Assembly (NCBI GenBank): GCA_964016885.1
Contig: OZ024742.1
Coordinates: 353,710,001-353,774,000, forward strand
Direction of reading: 5' to 3'
Origin: Eledone cirrhosa
Lineage: Eukaryota
DNA length: 64,000 nucleotides
Position 1 is the first letter of the stretch. Every line of letters starts with the position of its first letter. The position numbers and the translations under genes are program-made. This document shows positions 1 through 14,070 of the stretch, in pieces. A model generated the notes under the pieces. It made no database searches. It was not told the origin of the DNA and saw only the letters and a program-made list of their open reading frames with translations.

Positions 1-156
1 TCTTGGCTAACAAATAGAAATTTGCAGGGAATTGTGTTCTATGTGTTAATGTTAACCCAAGTAAACCATCGTACGATGGGAAATATTACATTGTGACTCC
101 ACAATTGTGTACATGCATGACTACCATGGTTTGATCGAAACAAGAAAGTTTATGGA

Positions 157-199
157 AAGAAGAAGAAGAAGAAGAAGAAGAAGAAGAAGAAGAAGAAGA
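157..199. repeat. (GAA)n microsatellite
   Basis: Perfect GAA run; explains the poly-Ser ORF 86..277. Confidence 0.95.
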
Positions 200-519
200 A
201 ATCAATATATTTCGGAGAGATTGTAAACATATATTACGGCGAAACGTTAAATAAGCTGAAAGACATTTCCTTTTCAAATTAATTTCATAATATATTCATA
301 TGTTTGTCTGATTTTCAATTATTGCCTAAGAGCGCATTCACTTTCATTAGTACGATGTAGTGAAACTCTTAGTATCAAATATAGACATTTCTCATTCTAC
401 ATTACTATCATTGTACCGTGTCTCACTGGCCATCATCTGCGGAAATTCCATTGAGTTTTATCCGAGGATGTCATCGAAGCCCCGCTTCGACTTAAGAACT
501 GAGTAAGTAACCCTCTCTA

Positions 520-521
<2 letters not shown>

Positions 522-564
<43 letters not shown>
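522..564. repeat. (CT)n microsatellite
   Basis: Direct CT run. Confidence 0.95.
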
Positions 565-569
<5 letters not shown>

Positions 570-672
570 AACATTTCTCTCTCTCAATATATATCTCTCT
601 CTATGCCGCTGTCATTCTATTTCCTTCCTTTTCTTCACATTTATGGCATTTTATAGTCTTTTCCAATTCCGT

Positions 673-990
673 GAAGGTGTGAGGCTTTCTGGTTAGGCAA
701 TTCGCCTCACAATCGTAAGGTCGTGAGTTCCATTCCCGGCTACGCGTTAGGTCCGTGAGCAAGATTATGTATTTAATGTTGCTTTAGTCCACTCAACTGG
801 CAAAACATGATGTGCAGTTGAAGGGCCAGCCTTGTCATATCCTCTGTCCCGCAGAACCTACCTGAGAACTAAGTTAAGCATATGCGTTTCTATGGATTGC
901 ACCCGTCCACCTGTACGCTAATTTCACAAGCAGGCCCTTCCTTTGATAATATCAATTGGAGCGCTCATCGTCCTAACCGACGGAGTGTCA
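673..990 (+). mobile_element. tRNA-derived SINE with CORE-like central domain (family S2)
   Basis: tRNA-like head (TGGTTAGG A-box-like, GAGTTCCATTCC B-box-like) followed by GTCCGTGAGCAAGA...GTTGCTTTAGTCCACTCAACTG. The 3' part matches 52542-52780 in reverse. Confidence 0.7.
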
Positions 991-1829
991 GTTTTTAGTC
1001 CGCTCATATACAGCCAGATCTACCATTCTTTACTATTTTCCGCTAATTTTCCGTTACTTAAATTCGTTTTTATATGTTTATATATTTCCACCAGTGTATA
1101 ATATATGTTTGTAAAATATAGTTGACTTATTAAAACCATAGCTAAATATATATGCGTTCCAATATGTTAGACATTGAAATAACCTAAAATTCACATTATC
1201 TTCCAATATAATATGTTACAATATATATAAAACTGCTTTCCCAAGAAACAGTTTTAAAACTTTTGTTTTAGCCGTAAGCAGCATAATTACTCTTTAACTA
1301 ACTGATCGTATATCAGGATCATTTTTACATATTCATTTAATTGTAAACATATTATTACTCCTCTCTAGTTAGGTGGTGCCAACACTGCCATTGGTCAAAT
1401 CCATTAATCTATTTAGGTGAATACATTACTGATGGGGCCTCATTATATATATAATTATATTACACATTCAGAAACTAATATAATGATATGGTGCAACATC
1501 TGTATAGTATTATTATTACTTTCGGCATAAACAACAATTTTGCAATTTAATTCTTAGAAGAATATTATCTCTTTAACACAAAATTTATTCGCTATTTCCA
1601 TCTCTTTTAATGGAGTACGGTATCGGTAAACGTTTCCAAAAGGCTTAGTTCCCGCCTTATATGCTGAGAATTGCAATTTGATCTAGAAGGCAGAACATTG
1701 GGTTCAATACACGCCTGTTTGTGATTTACAATATATATCTCTTGCATACTAATCTGGTGTATAGAAATATGTAATGAAAATCGCACACGTTACTTATGTT
1801 AAATAGACTGGTTTACCAATCTGTTTTAT

Positions 1830-2310
1830 TGAGTTCGTTAGTGAACTGCTGGAGATTCCTATGTAATTCGTTACAGTACGGTTTGAGTTTAATATTCATT
1901 GTCAGAGAGAAGAGCTCCGCTTCAAATTTAGCCAGAAGTGGATTGATCGGTGGAGTTGATGTGGATTTTTAATCCATGGAACTCTCTTTGTTTGGGGTTT
2001 TCGCACTGCTGGTTACGTTGTTTGAATAAGAATGCACACCATATAAGTCTGTTGATGAAGATTTCGGTTTCATGCAGCAGGAAATTGGGGTGTAAATTCC
2101 TTGTAGAAAAGGGTATGTCTGTGTGTGAGAGGTCAATGATCTTCTTTGCATAATGTTAGGTAGGCGGTGACCGAGAATTCTGAATTTCTAGGTGGAAGGA
2201 ATTCTTCAAGGCCATGTTTAATAACTGTGTATTGACGTCTTCTATTTCGGTTTAGATGTTCAGCAATTGTTCCAATGCTTACATCTGTTCTGTAAACACT
2301 CAAACAATTG
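1830..2310 (-). mobile_element. Decayed 5' fragment of a Penelope-like element (Hydra-type N-terminus)
   Basis: Manual translation with one frameshift gives IDLSHTDIPFSTRNL..ETEIFINRLIWCAFLF..FHG/KSTSTPPINPLLAKFEAELFSLTMNIKLKP. This aligns with IDFSTKNIPVPP..KRLRWRTFFY..FGFNTYKSPPPNAMLSPFENEHFQLVKSFKFKP of ORF 21313..21801. Confidence 0.7.
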
Positions 2311-2792
2311 TGAGAGATTTGGTTCCAGAAACACCTTCGATACACCGAATTCAGTGGAATCATATCTATGACCTTTCTTATCTTCAATAGTGAATTAGCC
2401 AAGTTTCAGTTCCTATTTAAGAAGGTCTCCATTGTAAAATGTGCAGCAAATATGCGTAAAACTGATATACACTTTGCTCCGGTTTTATACTGTTGAAACA
2501 AATGAAATCAAAACGATGTATGAATTTCGGAACAACCTACAAACATGCGTTAAATCTGTTCCCCTACAATTAATGTAGTTTATAAATATTTCATGTTTCT
2601 ATTTCATCTTAATGTAACAAAAATAGGATAGGAGACAGATTGAAACAATCATCAGAAAGTCGGACAGGACGTTATGTGGCCTTCTTTCCGGTTTTTAGCG
2701 CTCTGAGATCAAAACTACCATTTCGATATCTATAACAAAAGTACATGTCCACTATTGTGGTTGATTTATTCTCAATATATGTTTCTCTATTA

Positions 2793-2985
2793 AGGCGGTG
2801 GACTGGCAGTATCGGTAGAAGGTGGACGCCATGCCTTGCAGCATAGTCTTATGCTCATTTACGGTCTAATTTCAAATCAAGCCGCGGTTAACTTTGCCTT
2901 TCATCCTTACGGGGTCGATAAAATAAAGTACCAGTAATGCACTGGGGTAATTGCTGGCCTTGTGCCAAAAGTAGAAACAATTATT
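2793..2985 (+). mobile_element. SINE family S1 (Nin/Deu-type domain)
   Basis: Contains GCCTTTCATCCTTACGGGGTCGATAAAATAAAGTACCAG and the 3' end GGCCTTGTGCCAAAAGTAGAAACAATTATT; more than 10 copies in the window. Confidence 0.85.
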
Positions 2986-3374
2986 GCTAGTGTCTCGTAT
3001 GATGTTTATGTTTTGTTATATTAAATATTTGAATGATACATGTGTTGTGTATTATATCTGTTTCTTGATGTACTTAGCTCATTAAATCTTTGTTTCATAT
3101 ACAGATGATACAGTAGGGGATGTTGTATCGTTGATGGTGTCAAGGGTGCAGTGCCTGTCCTTGTTATCTTATTTTAATTTATTTGTTGTTTTCTAGCACT
3201 GTTCTAGAATTCTATCATTATACTACGTGTTCCAGCCGAGGAGCTGAGCCCATGCTTGGGCCCCAGCATATTGTATTATAATTGATGTTTCGTTGATCCA
3301 ATGAAGCAGGAAATTTTAATCATTTATTTCATTATATTTTGTCTTTTTGGTCTTCTTTATCCTTAGTCACTTGT

Positions 3375-4354
3375 AAGACCGTCATCTACCACCTACACGT
3401 GTATCTGACTTTTAATTTATCCGACAGGTAACGATGACAGGGCAAAGTTAACCTCAGAGGGACATGAGCTGGTGTAAATATATGCCGCAAATCCTGTTCG
3501 ACGCTCTGCTGATATTATCATTCCATCGCCGTTACCTACAAAAATAATTGTTTCTACGTTTAGGCACAAGGCCAGCAATTATACCAGTGTATTACTGGTA
3601 CTTTATTTTATCGACCCTGTAAGGATGAAAGGCAAAGTCAACCTCGGCGGGATTAGAACTCAGATCGTAAAGGGACGTAACTATGCTGGAAAGCATGGCG
3701 TCCGACCCTCTACCGATACTGCCAATCCACCGCCCTTACCTACAAAAATAAGGGTTTCTGATTTATGCAGGAGGCCAGGAATGGCGGTGTAGGGAACGTC
3801 AATTAAACTGTCCCAGTGATTTACTGGATCGTTATTTTGTCGACCGCGTAATGCCGAAATGTAAATCTAATCTCAGCGGGACTATAATTCAGAACGTAAA
3901 GGGCCGAAACTCGATGTCGTAGACCATGTTGTCCAGCGCTCTAACTGATTCTCCCAACCCACCACTCGTATGTAGACAAATAGTGGTTTCTTATATAGAC
4001 ACAAGGCCAGCACTTTTTGGGGGAGTAGGAATCTATTAAATCGACCTTATGCGTGACTGGTGCTTTATTTTATGGACCCCGTAAAGATGAAATATAATAC
4101 ACAACACATGATCATACAATTATTTAATATAACAAAACATAAAAATCATACGAGACACCATCAATAATGTTTTCTACTTTTGGCACAAGGCCAGCAATTA
4201 CCCAGTGCATTGCTGGTACTTTATTTTATCGACCCCGTAAGGATGAAAGGCAAAGTTAACCTCGGTGGGATTTGAATTCACCCCATGACGGGTCATAACT
4301 CGAAGCTAGAAAGCATGGCGTCTGACTTTCTACTGATACAGCCAATTCCCCGCC
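3375..4354 (-). mobile_element. Cluster of about five S1 SINE copies (3375-3530, 3548-3735, 3752-3965, 3983-4093, 4167-4354)
   Basis: Reverse-complement S1 motifs repeated. Copy 3548-3735 has a 16-bp TSD TTACCTACAAAAATAA (3532-3547 and 3736-3751). Confidence 0.8.
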
Positions 4355-4669
4355 CTATAACCAATAATAATAATATATCAACTCGCCTGAATTGGAGATT
4401 TCTGATGCTGTATGATTGAAAGAATAAAAAAAAAAATAAATGAATGTAACTCCCAAAATTAGAGGGTAGAGTGGATCCCCCATCCTTCCACAGTGATAAG
4501 TAAAGCGATACTTTTATGATGAAAAAAAAAACATCTTACAGATGATATGAGTTAGTTTGCAGCCACTCCGATGTGTGTCTCATTACTACGATATCGTAAA
4601 TAACAATTATCATAATAATAATGTAAATATATTTGTTAACATCTACAGAGGTTTCACTTTTTACACAAT

Positions 4670-5012
4670 CAAGAAACAATAAAATATCATTAGGACAACA
4701 ATATATGTTCTGGAATGTTCCAAAGAAAAACAACAAGAGTTCGTCAAGGGACTAATATATGATCTGGAGTGTTCAAATGGTAAAAAACAAGCCATCGTCA
4801 GGACACCAATATATGTTCTGGTGAGTTCCAAAGATAAACAACAAGACATCATCGGGACACCAATATATGATAAGGAGTGTTCCAGAGATAAACAACAAGC
4901 TATCATCAGGACTCCAATATAAGATCTGGAAAGTTACAAAGATAAACAACAAGCCATCATCAAGGCACCACTATAAGATCTGGAATGTTCCAAAGATAAA
5001 CAAGCCATCATC
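4670..5012. repeat. 54-bp minisatellite, about 6.3 copies
   Basis: Unit resembling CAATATATGTTCTGGAATGTTCCAAAGATAAACAACAAGCCATCATCAGGACAC starts at 4699, 4807 and 4861 (period 54). Confidence 0.9.
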
Positions 5013-5496
5013 AATGAAGCGAAGATGTTAAATGACTGAATGAATATAAAATAATTAGAAACAATACCACAATATTTAAATGCGGAAAAGAAAGGAAAAG
5101 CATGTTCTCTTGAGCCACAGAAGAGATGAATCGGGGGGGGGGGGGGGGGGTTAATATATTCTGGGCCAAGGCCGCTGGTGTGTTGGGGCTGCGCCGGGTG
5201 GACAATCTATTGAGTTAAATACTGTTAACGTAAATACTACTTCTATACTTCGTTCAATTGCTTCTTTTTCTTTTCTAAAGATTTCCTTTCATTGTTGCTG
5301 AAGTAAATATTTAAATTTGTTGGATCCAAAATATTCCACAACTTTAAAGATTAACAATTCCTAAGAATTCTACAATCAGAACCATCTTTGTTAGTGTATT
5401 ACTCCTAAACCATTGTGTTGGCCTTATAACCAGCACCAGCCTAGTCTTCAATAACTATAGCATCATTTTGCCATCCAAGTATTCTTCCCACTCACA

Positions 5497-5531
5497 ATCA
5501 TCATCATCATCATCATAATCACCACCAACAC

Positions 5532-5583
<52 letters not shown>
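5497..5583. repeat. (ATC)n microsatellite
   Basis: Interrupted ATC run; explains the poly-Asp ORF 5455..5652. Confidence 0.9.
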
Positions 5584-5584
<1 letters not shown>

Positions 5585-6781
5585 ACGTTATTATTATTGT
5601 TACCATAGCCATTTCCAGCATCATGTTCATTATTATATCGTATATTGCTCATTCATGTACATATGTTGCACATCTCTACAAAAATCAGCTTAATGAACAG
5701 CTTTCGTGCCGTTTTATAATTTTCATTATGAGCGTAAATAAAGTTTCTATAATATGAAGCTTAGAATTGGAGATTCGTGATTAAGATATGTGATGGATTT
5801 GTGGCGGCCATTATATTGCTTCCATCTTTGCAACCTGATTAAATAAACCTGATTGTTAGGACATGGAATAGGTTATCCATTCACCTTGCTGTAATTGTTG
5901 AGTTGAGGTGGTATAGTCTATATATTTCAAGGCATTTCTTATGTTTCCTAAACCTCATACAGCCGAGTGTAACAGAATGTAACTTGTGTTCAAGATGTGG
6001 TGGTTCTCTAAGAAGCACTATTCAAACTTGATACCATTTATATTACATAAAATAATATTAATACTTGAAATCTAAAATATTATTTTCTCGCTTTAAATTT
6101 ATTTTAAACGTATAATATAATTATAACTATTATATAGATCTGAATTCATAACTATTTTCTAATGAACCAATCTAAGAAATAGATATAAATGATGTTTACA
6201 TATGTGAAATATTAATTAAATTGAACGGTTTTATTTTCGTTTCTAAAACTCCACCGACATGCAATATAGTACGATTTAAAGGCATCATCACCATTAATGC
6301 TATGAAACTCTTCACTTGTGATCAGCAAATATTTGATCTGCAATTTAATTATAGAATTATACTATATTATGTTGAACATGTTTACTCATTACGATGTTAA
6401 TGATACACCAGAACATCAAAAAATATGTCGCGCGACAATTTCTGAATAATTCTGAAGATTAATGATTATTATATCATGTGACACATTTAAATAACCCATT
6501 TAAATAACTCATTTCTATAAACAGTGAAGTGATTTCAAATAATTCAGAATATGGCAGAATGAAAGTTATGATTCTGTGATAAACCATAAATAGCAGATTG
6601 CTTTCAGAGGGAAGATATGTCCAGATTATATAACAAAGCTTCATGGAATCTGAGGCCAAACCCATAGCTAGCCAGCACGCTGGCGAATGAAGTAAAAACA
6701 GCCATTCATATCTCACATATTGTATAGTCCCTTCCAAATTGAGCAATGTATTATTCCCAACTACGGATAATGCTCTCCCTC

Positions 6782-6812
<31 letters not shown>

Positions 6813-6995
6813 CGCTCTCTCTCTCTCTCACTCTCTCTCCCCTCTCTCTCTATTTATCTATCTATCTCTCTCTCTATATATATATATAAGGGATAACAAA
6901 ATATCGTTATAGGTAATCCAGTTAGAGGTTGTGAATACTTTGTATTATGGATAGTTTTAGCGAACGGCGTTGTTTTTCTCTGTCTATCTTTATTA

Positions 6996-7174
6996 TGGCA
7001 GTATCGGTAGAGGGTTGGACGCCATGTTTTCTAGCATAGTTACGTCCCTTTACTTTTTGAGTTCAAATCCCGCAGAGGTTAACTTTACCTTTCATCCTTA
7101 CGGGGTCGATAAAATAAAGTACCATTAATGTACTGGGTAATTGCTGGCCTTGTGTCTAACGTAGAAACAATTAT
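6996..7174 (+). mobile_element. SINE family S1
   Basis: Near-complete S1 sequence. Confidence 0.85.
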
Positions 7175-7381
7175 TAATAATGTTGTAATTTGAATTCGTG
7201 AAAACTGAACCTATTTTAACATTTTCTCCGATGATCTGGTTAAGCTAACAACCTATGTAAAATTGAGTGGCACAGCTCCAAGTGTTCAGCTACTTTTACA
7301 CAACTTGATTAGTGAAACAATAGTTATACTGTAAATAAAACGCTTTTTTTGTACTGTTGACCATGTTATTCTTCACTCTTT

Positions 7382-7410
<29 letters not shown>

Positions 7411-7416
<6 letters not shown>

Positions 7417-7712
7417 ATTAAATAAATGGAAACTATATTTATAAAACCATATCTATTTCATTATATATATTTCAGGGATATCATATTAACAATATGCTAT
7501 GCCTTCCTTAGACAAAATACAATATAAACAGTTTTATAGATAAATAGATTCGACATACCGTAACAACATCGACTTGTATTTGAAAAGGTTGATTTGGTAG
7601 ATATAGTTTCCATTTATTTAATATTGTAAATATACTCCAAATATTTGTCGAGTGCTTTTATATCAGTTATAAATATTTACTAGTTGTAACCCAACAATTT
7701 AAATATAACTTT

Positions 7713-7716
<4 letters not shown>
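7411..7716. mobile_element. Truncated inverted PLE insertion, family A pLTR, in (TA)n
   Basis: 7411-7600 resembles 12379-12568 and 7601-7716 is the reverse complement of 12288-12406. Flanked by (TA)n; the hammerhead core is decayed. Confidence 0.8.
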
Positions 7717-8078
<362 letters not shown>

Positions 8079-8641
8079 TACAGCATTGACGAAGCTTTAG
8101 AATACGGCCAAGCTAGCATATATGTATAATCGGTCCGTAGCTTGAGCACTCAGATGAGGAAAGACTCCAGAGTAATAACATTACGTTCAGACAGCTTACC
8201 AAATCAGATACAGCGGTCGGCAGTCCAGCCGCATCACTAGAGCAACGAAAATACAGGACCCAGGAAAAGAAATTATACTGACCCGGACATACGGTGAAGA
8301 TGAGTGCAAAATATATAACTTACATATGTAGCATCCAAAATCAGCGCTAAGTTCCTGCAAATCCAAGATCGACAAATTCCTATTGCAGGAGTCTGCAACA
8401 TGATGGCTTAGGCGGTGAATTCTAATTTGAGATAAAGGAATGAATCCCTTTAGACAAACCGAATAAAGCACTCAACCAGAAGTTATGAAATAAACTTAAA
8501 CAATTAATCAATCAATAGAATCATCTAATTAAATTAATCAGTTAATCGTTAATTCTGGCAGTAAATATAAATGTTAGTACATGTATATATATAAACATAT
8601 ATATGTGTGGATATATATGTATATATATATATATATGTGTA

Positions 8642-8738
<97 letters not shown>

Positions 8739-9360
8739 GTATATATATATATATATATGAAAGACGTAAAATAAGAAATTTTTAAAAATTAAAAATTAAC
8801 TTACTAAAATTTTCACTCCAACTAATTAGTTCCTGTAAGGGAGTAAATATAGTTACGTAATGTAACTACAGAGAATTCCTTACGTCAGCAGGAGTCTATT
8901 CTCAGCTAAGTTCCCAGGCAATGCGCGGACACTAAGAACTCATATAAAAATAATAATTCAGTGGTTCGAATAAAGCTAGCGGGGACTAAATTCCAGAGCA
9001 CTGAATGAAATTCACTGCCTCCTGTGTCAGTGGCAAATTTTAAAGAATCAATCACCTGACACTGAGGTCAATCAGTGAGGAGTGGGGTGGTATTATGACA
9101 AGTGCCTACTACTACTACCATGAACCATGGCAGTAAATGTTAACAAATACTAATCAACAAATCATTTGGAGATAAATATAGACAATTATTATATCTACCA
9201 ACATATGTATACAGATGTTACCCATGCTAGCAAATAAATATGTTATGTCTTAGTACCTTTGTGGTTCTATATAGGGGGATGCAGAACAATTATGAGAAAG
9301 ACGTAATTTTATATGGGTTCCTAGTGTCCGCGCATTGCCTGGGAACTTAGCTGAGAATAG

Positions 9361-9442
9361 ACTCCCTGATGACTTAAGGAATTCTCTGTAGTTACATTAC
9401 GTAACTATATTTACTCCCTTACAGAAACTAATTAGTTGGAGT
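9361..9442 (+). ncRNA. Type I hammerhead ribozyme
   Basis: Stem I ACTCC/GGAGT; core CTGATGA (9366-9372); long stem II (TAAGG/CCTTA plus inner TAGTTAC/GTAACTA); GAAA (9424-9427); palindromic stem III CTAATTAG; GUU cleavage triplet. Confidence 0.8.
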
Positions 9443-10446
9443 GAACATTTTAGTAAGTAAGTTCATTTTTAATTTTTTAAATTTTCTTATTTTACGTCTT
9501 TCATATAATTGTTCTGCATCCCCCTATATAGAACCACAAAGGTACTAAGACATAACATATATATTTGCTAGCATGGGTATACATCTGTATACATATGTTG
9601 GTAGATATACTAATTCTCTATATTTATCTCCAAATTATTTGTTGAGTAAAACTTGCCAAAATTTACTGCCATGGTTCATGGTAGTAGTACTAGGCACTTG
9701 TCATAATACCACCCCACTCCTCACTGATTGACCTCAGTGTCACGTGATAGATTCTTTAAAATGTTCCACTGACCCAGGAGGCAGTGAATTTTTTTCAGTG
9801 CTCTGGAATTTAGTCCCCGCTAGCTTTATTCCATCCACTGAATTATTATTTTTATATGGGTTCCTAGTGTCCGCGCATTGCCTGGGAACTTAGCTGAGAA
9901 TAGACTCCCAGATGACGTAAGGAATTCTCTGTAAATACATTACGTAACTATATTTACTCCCTTACAGAAACTAATTAGTTGGAGTGAAAATTTTAGTAAG
10001 TAACTTAATTTTTAATTTTTAAAATTTTCTTATTTTACGTCTTTCATATAATTGTTCTGCATCCCCCTGCATATAACAACAAAGCTACTAAGACATAACA
10101 TATATATTTGCTAGTATGGATATACATCTGTATACATATGTTGGTAGATATACTAATTCTCTATATTTATCTCCAAATTATTTATGGAGTAAAACTTGCC
10201 AAAATTTACTGCCATGGTTCATAGTAATAGTAGTAGGCACTTGTCATAATACCACACCACTCCTCACTGATTGACCTCAGCGTCACGTTATTGATTCTTT
10301 AGAATTTGCCACTTGCCCAGTAGGCAGTGCATTTTTTTCAGTGCCCTGGAATTTAGTCACTGCTAGCTTTATTCCATCCGCTGAATTATTATTTTTATAT
10401 GGGTTGCTAGTGTCCGCGCATTGCCTGGGAACTTAGCTCAGAATAG

Positions 10447-10528
10447 TCTCCCTGATGACGTAAGGAATTATATGTAGTTACATTACGTAACTATATTTAC
10501 TCCCTTACAGAAACTAATTAGTTGGAGT
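10447..10528 (+). ncRNA. Type I hammerhead ribozyme (third unit)
   Basis: Same fold with intact CTGATGA and GAAA. The copies at 9904-9985 (CAGATGA) and 8815-8895 minus (CTGCTGA, GGAA) have core mutations. Confidence 0.78.
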
Positions 10529-10694
10529 GAATATTTTAGTAAGTTAATTTTTAATTTTTAAAATTTTCTTATGTTACGTCTTTCATATAATTGTTCTGCA
10601 TCCCCCTGCATAGAACCACAAAGGTACTAAGACATAACATATATATTTGCTAGCATGGGTATACATCTGTATACATATGTTGGTAGATACACTA

Positions 10695-10858
<164 letters not shown>

Positions 10859-10882
10859 TGTATACATATATATATATATATA

Positions 10883-10937
<55 letters not shown>

Positions 10938-10938
<1 letters not shown>

Positions 10939-12129
10939 GATATTATAATGAAATGACAGGAGGCTGGATTTGTGTAAATCCTTGAAAGGTATATTATACT
11001 ATGATCATTTCAATGACCGGGTTCCGTATGAATCCGGTGATATCATCAGGTATTCATAATATAATACGTGAATGTAATAGGTAAAATCCATGGGGCTGAA
11101 AATCGAGACCCGAGGGCGACCGCTATTCTGTTCCTTCAACCTCAGCCGGTCGCCCTGGAGTGACGTGGCTAAATTTTATAGTATGCTACTACCGGTCAGA
11201 TGAACGAAAACAGAAAGGGATGGGAGCATAAGTTAACGTCGATCCCATGACACAAGGTAAAAGAAAGAAAGAAAGGAAGGAGAGAGAAGAAGGGGGAAGA
11301 AAGAAGAAGAGAAGCCAGGGTTAATGTCAGCTAAAAGAGGAAGGCAACTACTACTGGTCAGATATAGGCAAGCAAGAGGGGTAAGGAAGATAAGTCTGCG
11401 GGAGGAAGACAGGAGGAGGGGAGAAGAGAAGGAAGGGAAGAGGGAAGTAGAAAAGTAAGGGTTGATGGCTACAAGAAGGAAGATAGAAAGAAAGAGGAAG
11501 AAAGGTCGATATTAATGTCAGACCACAGTCAAGCCAGGAGTGGCACGAGAAAATATTCACAGGGACCCGTATCTTAGCAGAGGTGAATATATTGGGAGTC
11601 AGTGTGTTACAGCGTTTAGACTACTAGGATGAAGTTAAACAAATTAATAATCAATATTCAATATTAAAGAGGTTAGAAAATTTAAAGTTCAACAGTTTAA
11701 CATTTAATTATATAATAGTTCCGATTTGTTCTGTAATATAGAGGTACTATGTGGCGGTTAAAACACCGGCCGCGCCCCGGGCCCCATGGCGAATTAAACC
11801 ACGCCGAGTATTTTCATTTACTGAAAGAAGGGGAAATTTATTTTTCCAAGCACTCCAGGTGAGCTCGTTCGCCAGGGAGCTGGTCGAGCCGCCAATAAAA
11901 CCCACCCAACAGTCCGACAGAAAGTTGGAACTTTAAAATTTTGCTTAGAGAAGTAAAAGAGTAATGGCTGATAGCTACAAGAAGGAAGATAGAAAGAGAG
12001 AGGAAGGGAGGTCTACTACAAAAACAAAGACGGTTGAACTGCTTTACGTTGAGTACTCTCTATATTATTGCATTACGATTGACCATACGGAATAGACCAG
12101 CTCTATACAGTGGTGAACCTCAAACCTGA
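10938..12129 (-). mobile_element. Non-coding PLE-like insert (family H) in (TA)n
   Basis: TA-flanked; hammerhead near one end; purine-rich interior like the 3' regions of PLEs A and B; internal direct repeat 11464-11510 / 11969-12017. Confidence 0.5.
10996..11053 (-). ncRNA. Minimal type I hammerhead ribozyme
   Basis: Minus strand reads ATAC-CTGATGA-[TATCACCGGATTCATACGGAACCCGGTCATT]-GAAA-TGATCA-TA-GTAT. Stem III closes a palindromic GATC loop; stem I extends through TATATT/AATATA. Confidence 0.8.
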
Positions 12130-12236
12130 ATATATATATAGATATATAGATATATACATATATATATATACATATATATATATATGTATATATATATATT
12201 TATATATTAATTTATATTTTAATTACCTTCTTAATA

Positions 12237-12294
<58 letters not shown>

Positions 12295-12421
12295 AAAGTT
12301 TTATTTAAAATTGTTGGGTTACAACGAGTAAATATTTTATAACTGATATAAAGCACTCAACAAGTTTTGGAGTAGATATACGATATTAAACAAATGGAAA
12401 CTATATTTATAAAACCATATT

Positions 12422-12487
12422 TATTTCATTATATATATTTCAGGGATACCATATTAAAAATATGGCATGCCTTCTTCAGATAAAATA
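12422..12487 (-). ncRNA. Minimal type I hammerhead ribozyme in 3' pLTR of PLE A
   Basis: TATTTTAT-CTGAAGA-[AGGCATGCCATATT-TTT-AATATGGTATCCCT]-GAAA-TATATA-TA-ATGAAATA; 8-bp stem I; palindromic ATAT loop III. Confidence 0.8.
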
Positions 12488-14070
12488 CAATGTATAAGCA
12501 GTTTTATAAATAAATTTGACGTACCATAAATATTGACCAACTTCCATTTGAGAAGTTGGTTTGGTAGTGAAATGTTTATAAATATTTAGTGTTAAGCACA
12601 GTTAGAAAGAAAGACGGAGAAAAAGAAGAAATGTATGTAAAGAAAAACAAAGAGAGATAGAGAGAGATATGGGAGAGAGAAATAGTGAGGAGGTGAAAAA
12701 TGAGAGGCAGCTGAGGCAACAGATGAATAATAATAATTCATCATACAAATTGAGAGATTTAGGAGGGAGGGAGTACTGTAATTATTTATTTATTTATTTA
12801 TTTAGTTATAGTGTTAAGGAGACGGAGAGAAATAAAAGATAAATAAAGAGAAAACAGAGAGGCAGAGAGAGATAGAGGTGGGGGGAAAAAGAGGTAGACC
12901 GAATAATAATTATACATGGGGAGGTGAGAGAAAAATAGGAGAGAGGTAAGAGAGAAAACAATAGAGGTAAAGCAAAAGTAGCCGATACTTAAATTTCATC
13001 ATGTATAGAGGGAGGAGAAGAAAGAGCTATATCCAGAGAGAAGGATGACAGATTTACAACTTTACGTTATGTCTTATCAATTTGAATTATCAATTCATAT
13101 GAATTGGGTATTATAATGTAAATATCAATATTCATGAATGAGACATAGATATATAATGTGTGAAAAATAATGACCATATGTTTAGTTTAAAAATTCTTAG
13201 GTCGATATAACAAAAACTGAGATAAAACTTCAAAAAATACGGAAATACATAAGTATATATGTACTTTCCGGAAAAAGAAAGAAAGAGAAAAATAGAAGTC
13301 ATCTCAAGTTCTAGTTGACACTATAGACATGCACGTGAACTTACGTGATCAGCTCTGTAATTTCTCATTTCACATGAAAACATTTTCCCTTGCGTTATAA
13401 AAGATTTTACTATATATATATATATACATACATAGATATACATAAAACATATATATTAATATTAATATTCCTGCCCTCACATACATGATTATCGTTCATG
13501 TATAGAATATTATGCATATCTGTAACATATCCAGAACCATATCCACACATACATATATATATATATGCGTGCGCAACATGGACAGATAGAATAAACAGAT
13601 AAAATAGAATATAGTCTGTAATCATTCCATATTCATATTAATACATACGGCCTCTGCACAGAGACAACAGATATTAATATATCAAAACGCTAAGAATATT
13701 TTCATCACTCCCTAGAGTATCTAGGGCCGTAAAAAACACAGTATGCCCCGCCATATCAACCACAGAAATCTACCCTTCCAATTTATCTGACAATATATTT
13801 GCCAAGTTCATTAGAAGCAATCAGAATCAAAAAGCAAAGAAAAAACCAAAATTATTCAACAAAACTTATTTAGCAGAAATCATTTAAAAGATTTAGGAGA
13901 CCCTGTTGTTCTACAGATGCTCTTATATTTAGTATAGAAGTTTATCTAGCGTAACATTTATTCAATAGATTGGGAGCATCAACATTTTAGGGTAGTTTAA
14001 TTAAATCATTAGTATATGAAGAAGGTTTAAGAAAGATTTATCGTCAGGTTTCATAATTAATTAAATATCT

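Noticed and set aside
467-507. Possible first coding exon ATG..MSSKPRFDLRT followed by GTAAGT
   Set aside because: Short, no recognisable homology and no compatible downstream exon found.
5240-6020. Faint LINE-RT-like residues on the minus strand
   Set aside because: Too decayed to establish frames or motifs.
6474-6746. 90-aa ORF as a host exon
   Set aside because: No recognisable domain or convincing splice boundaries.
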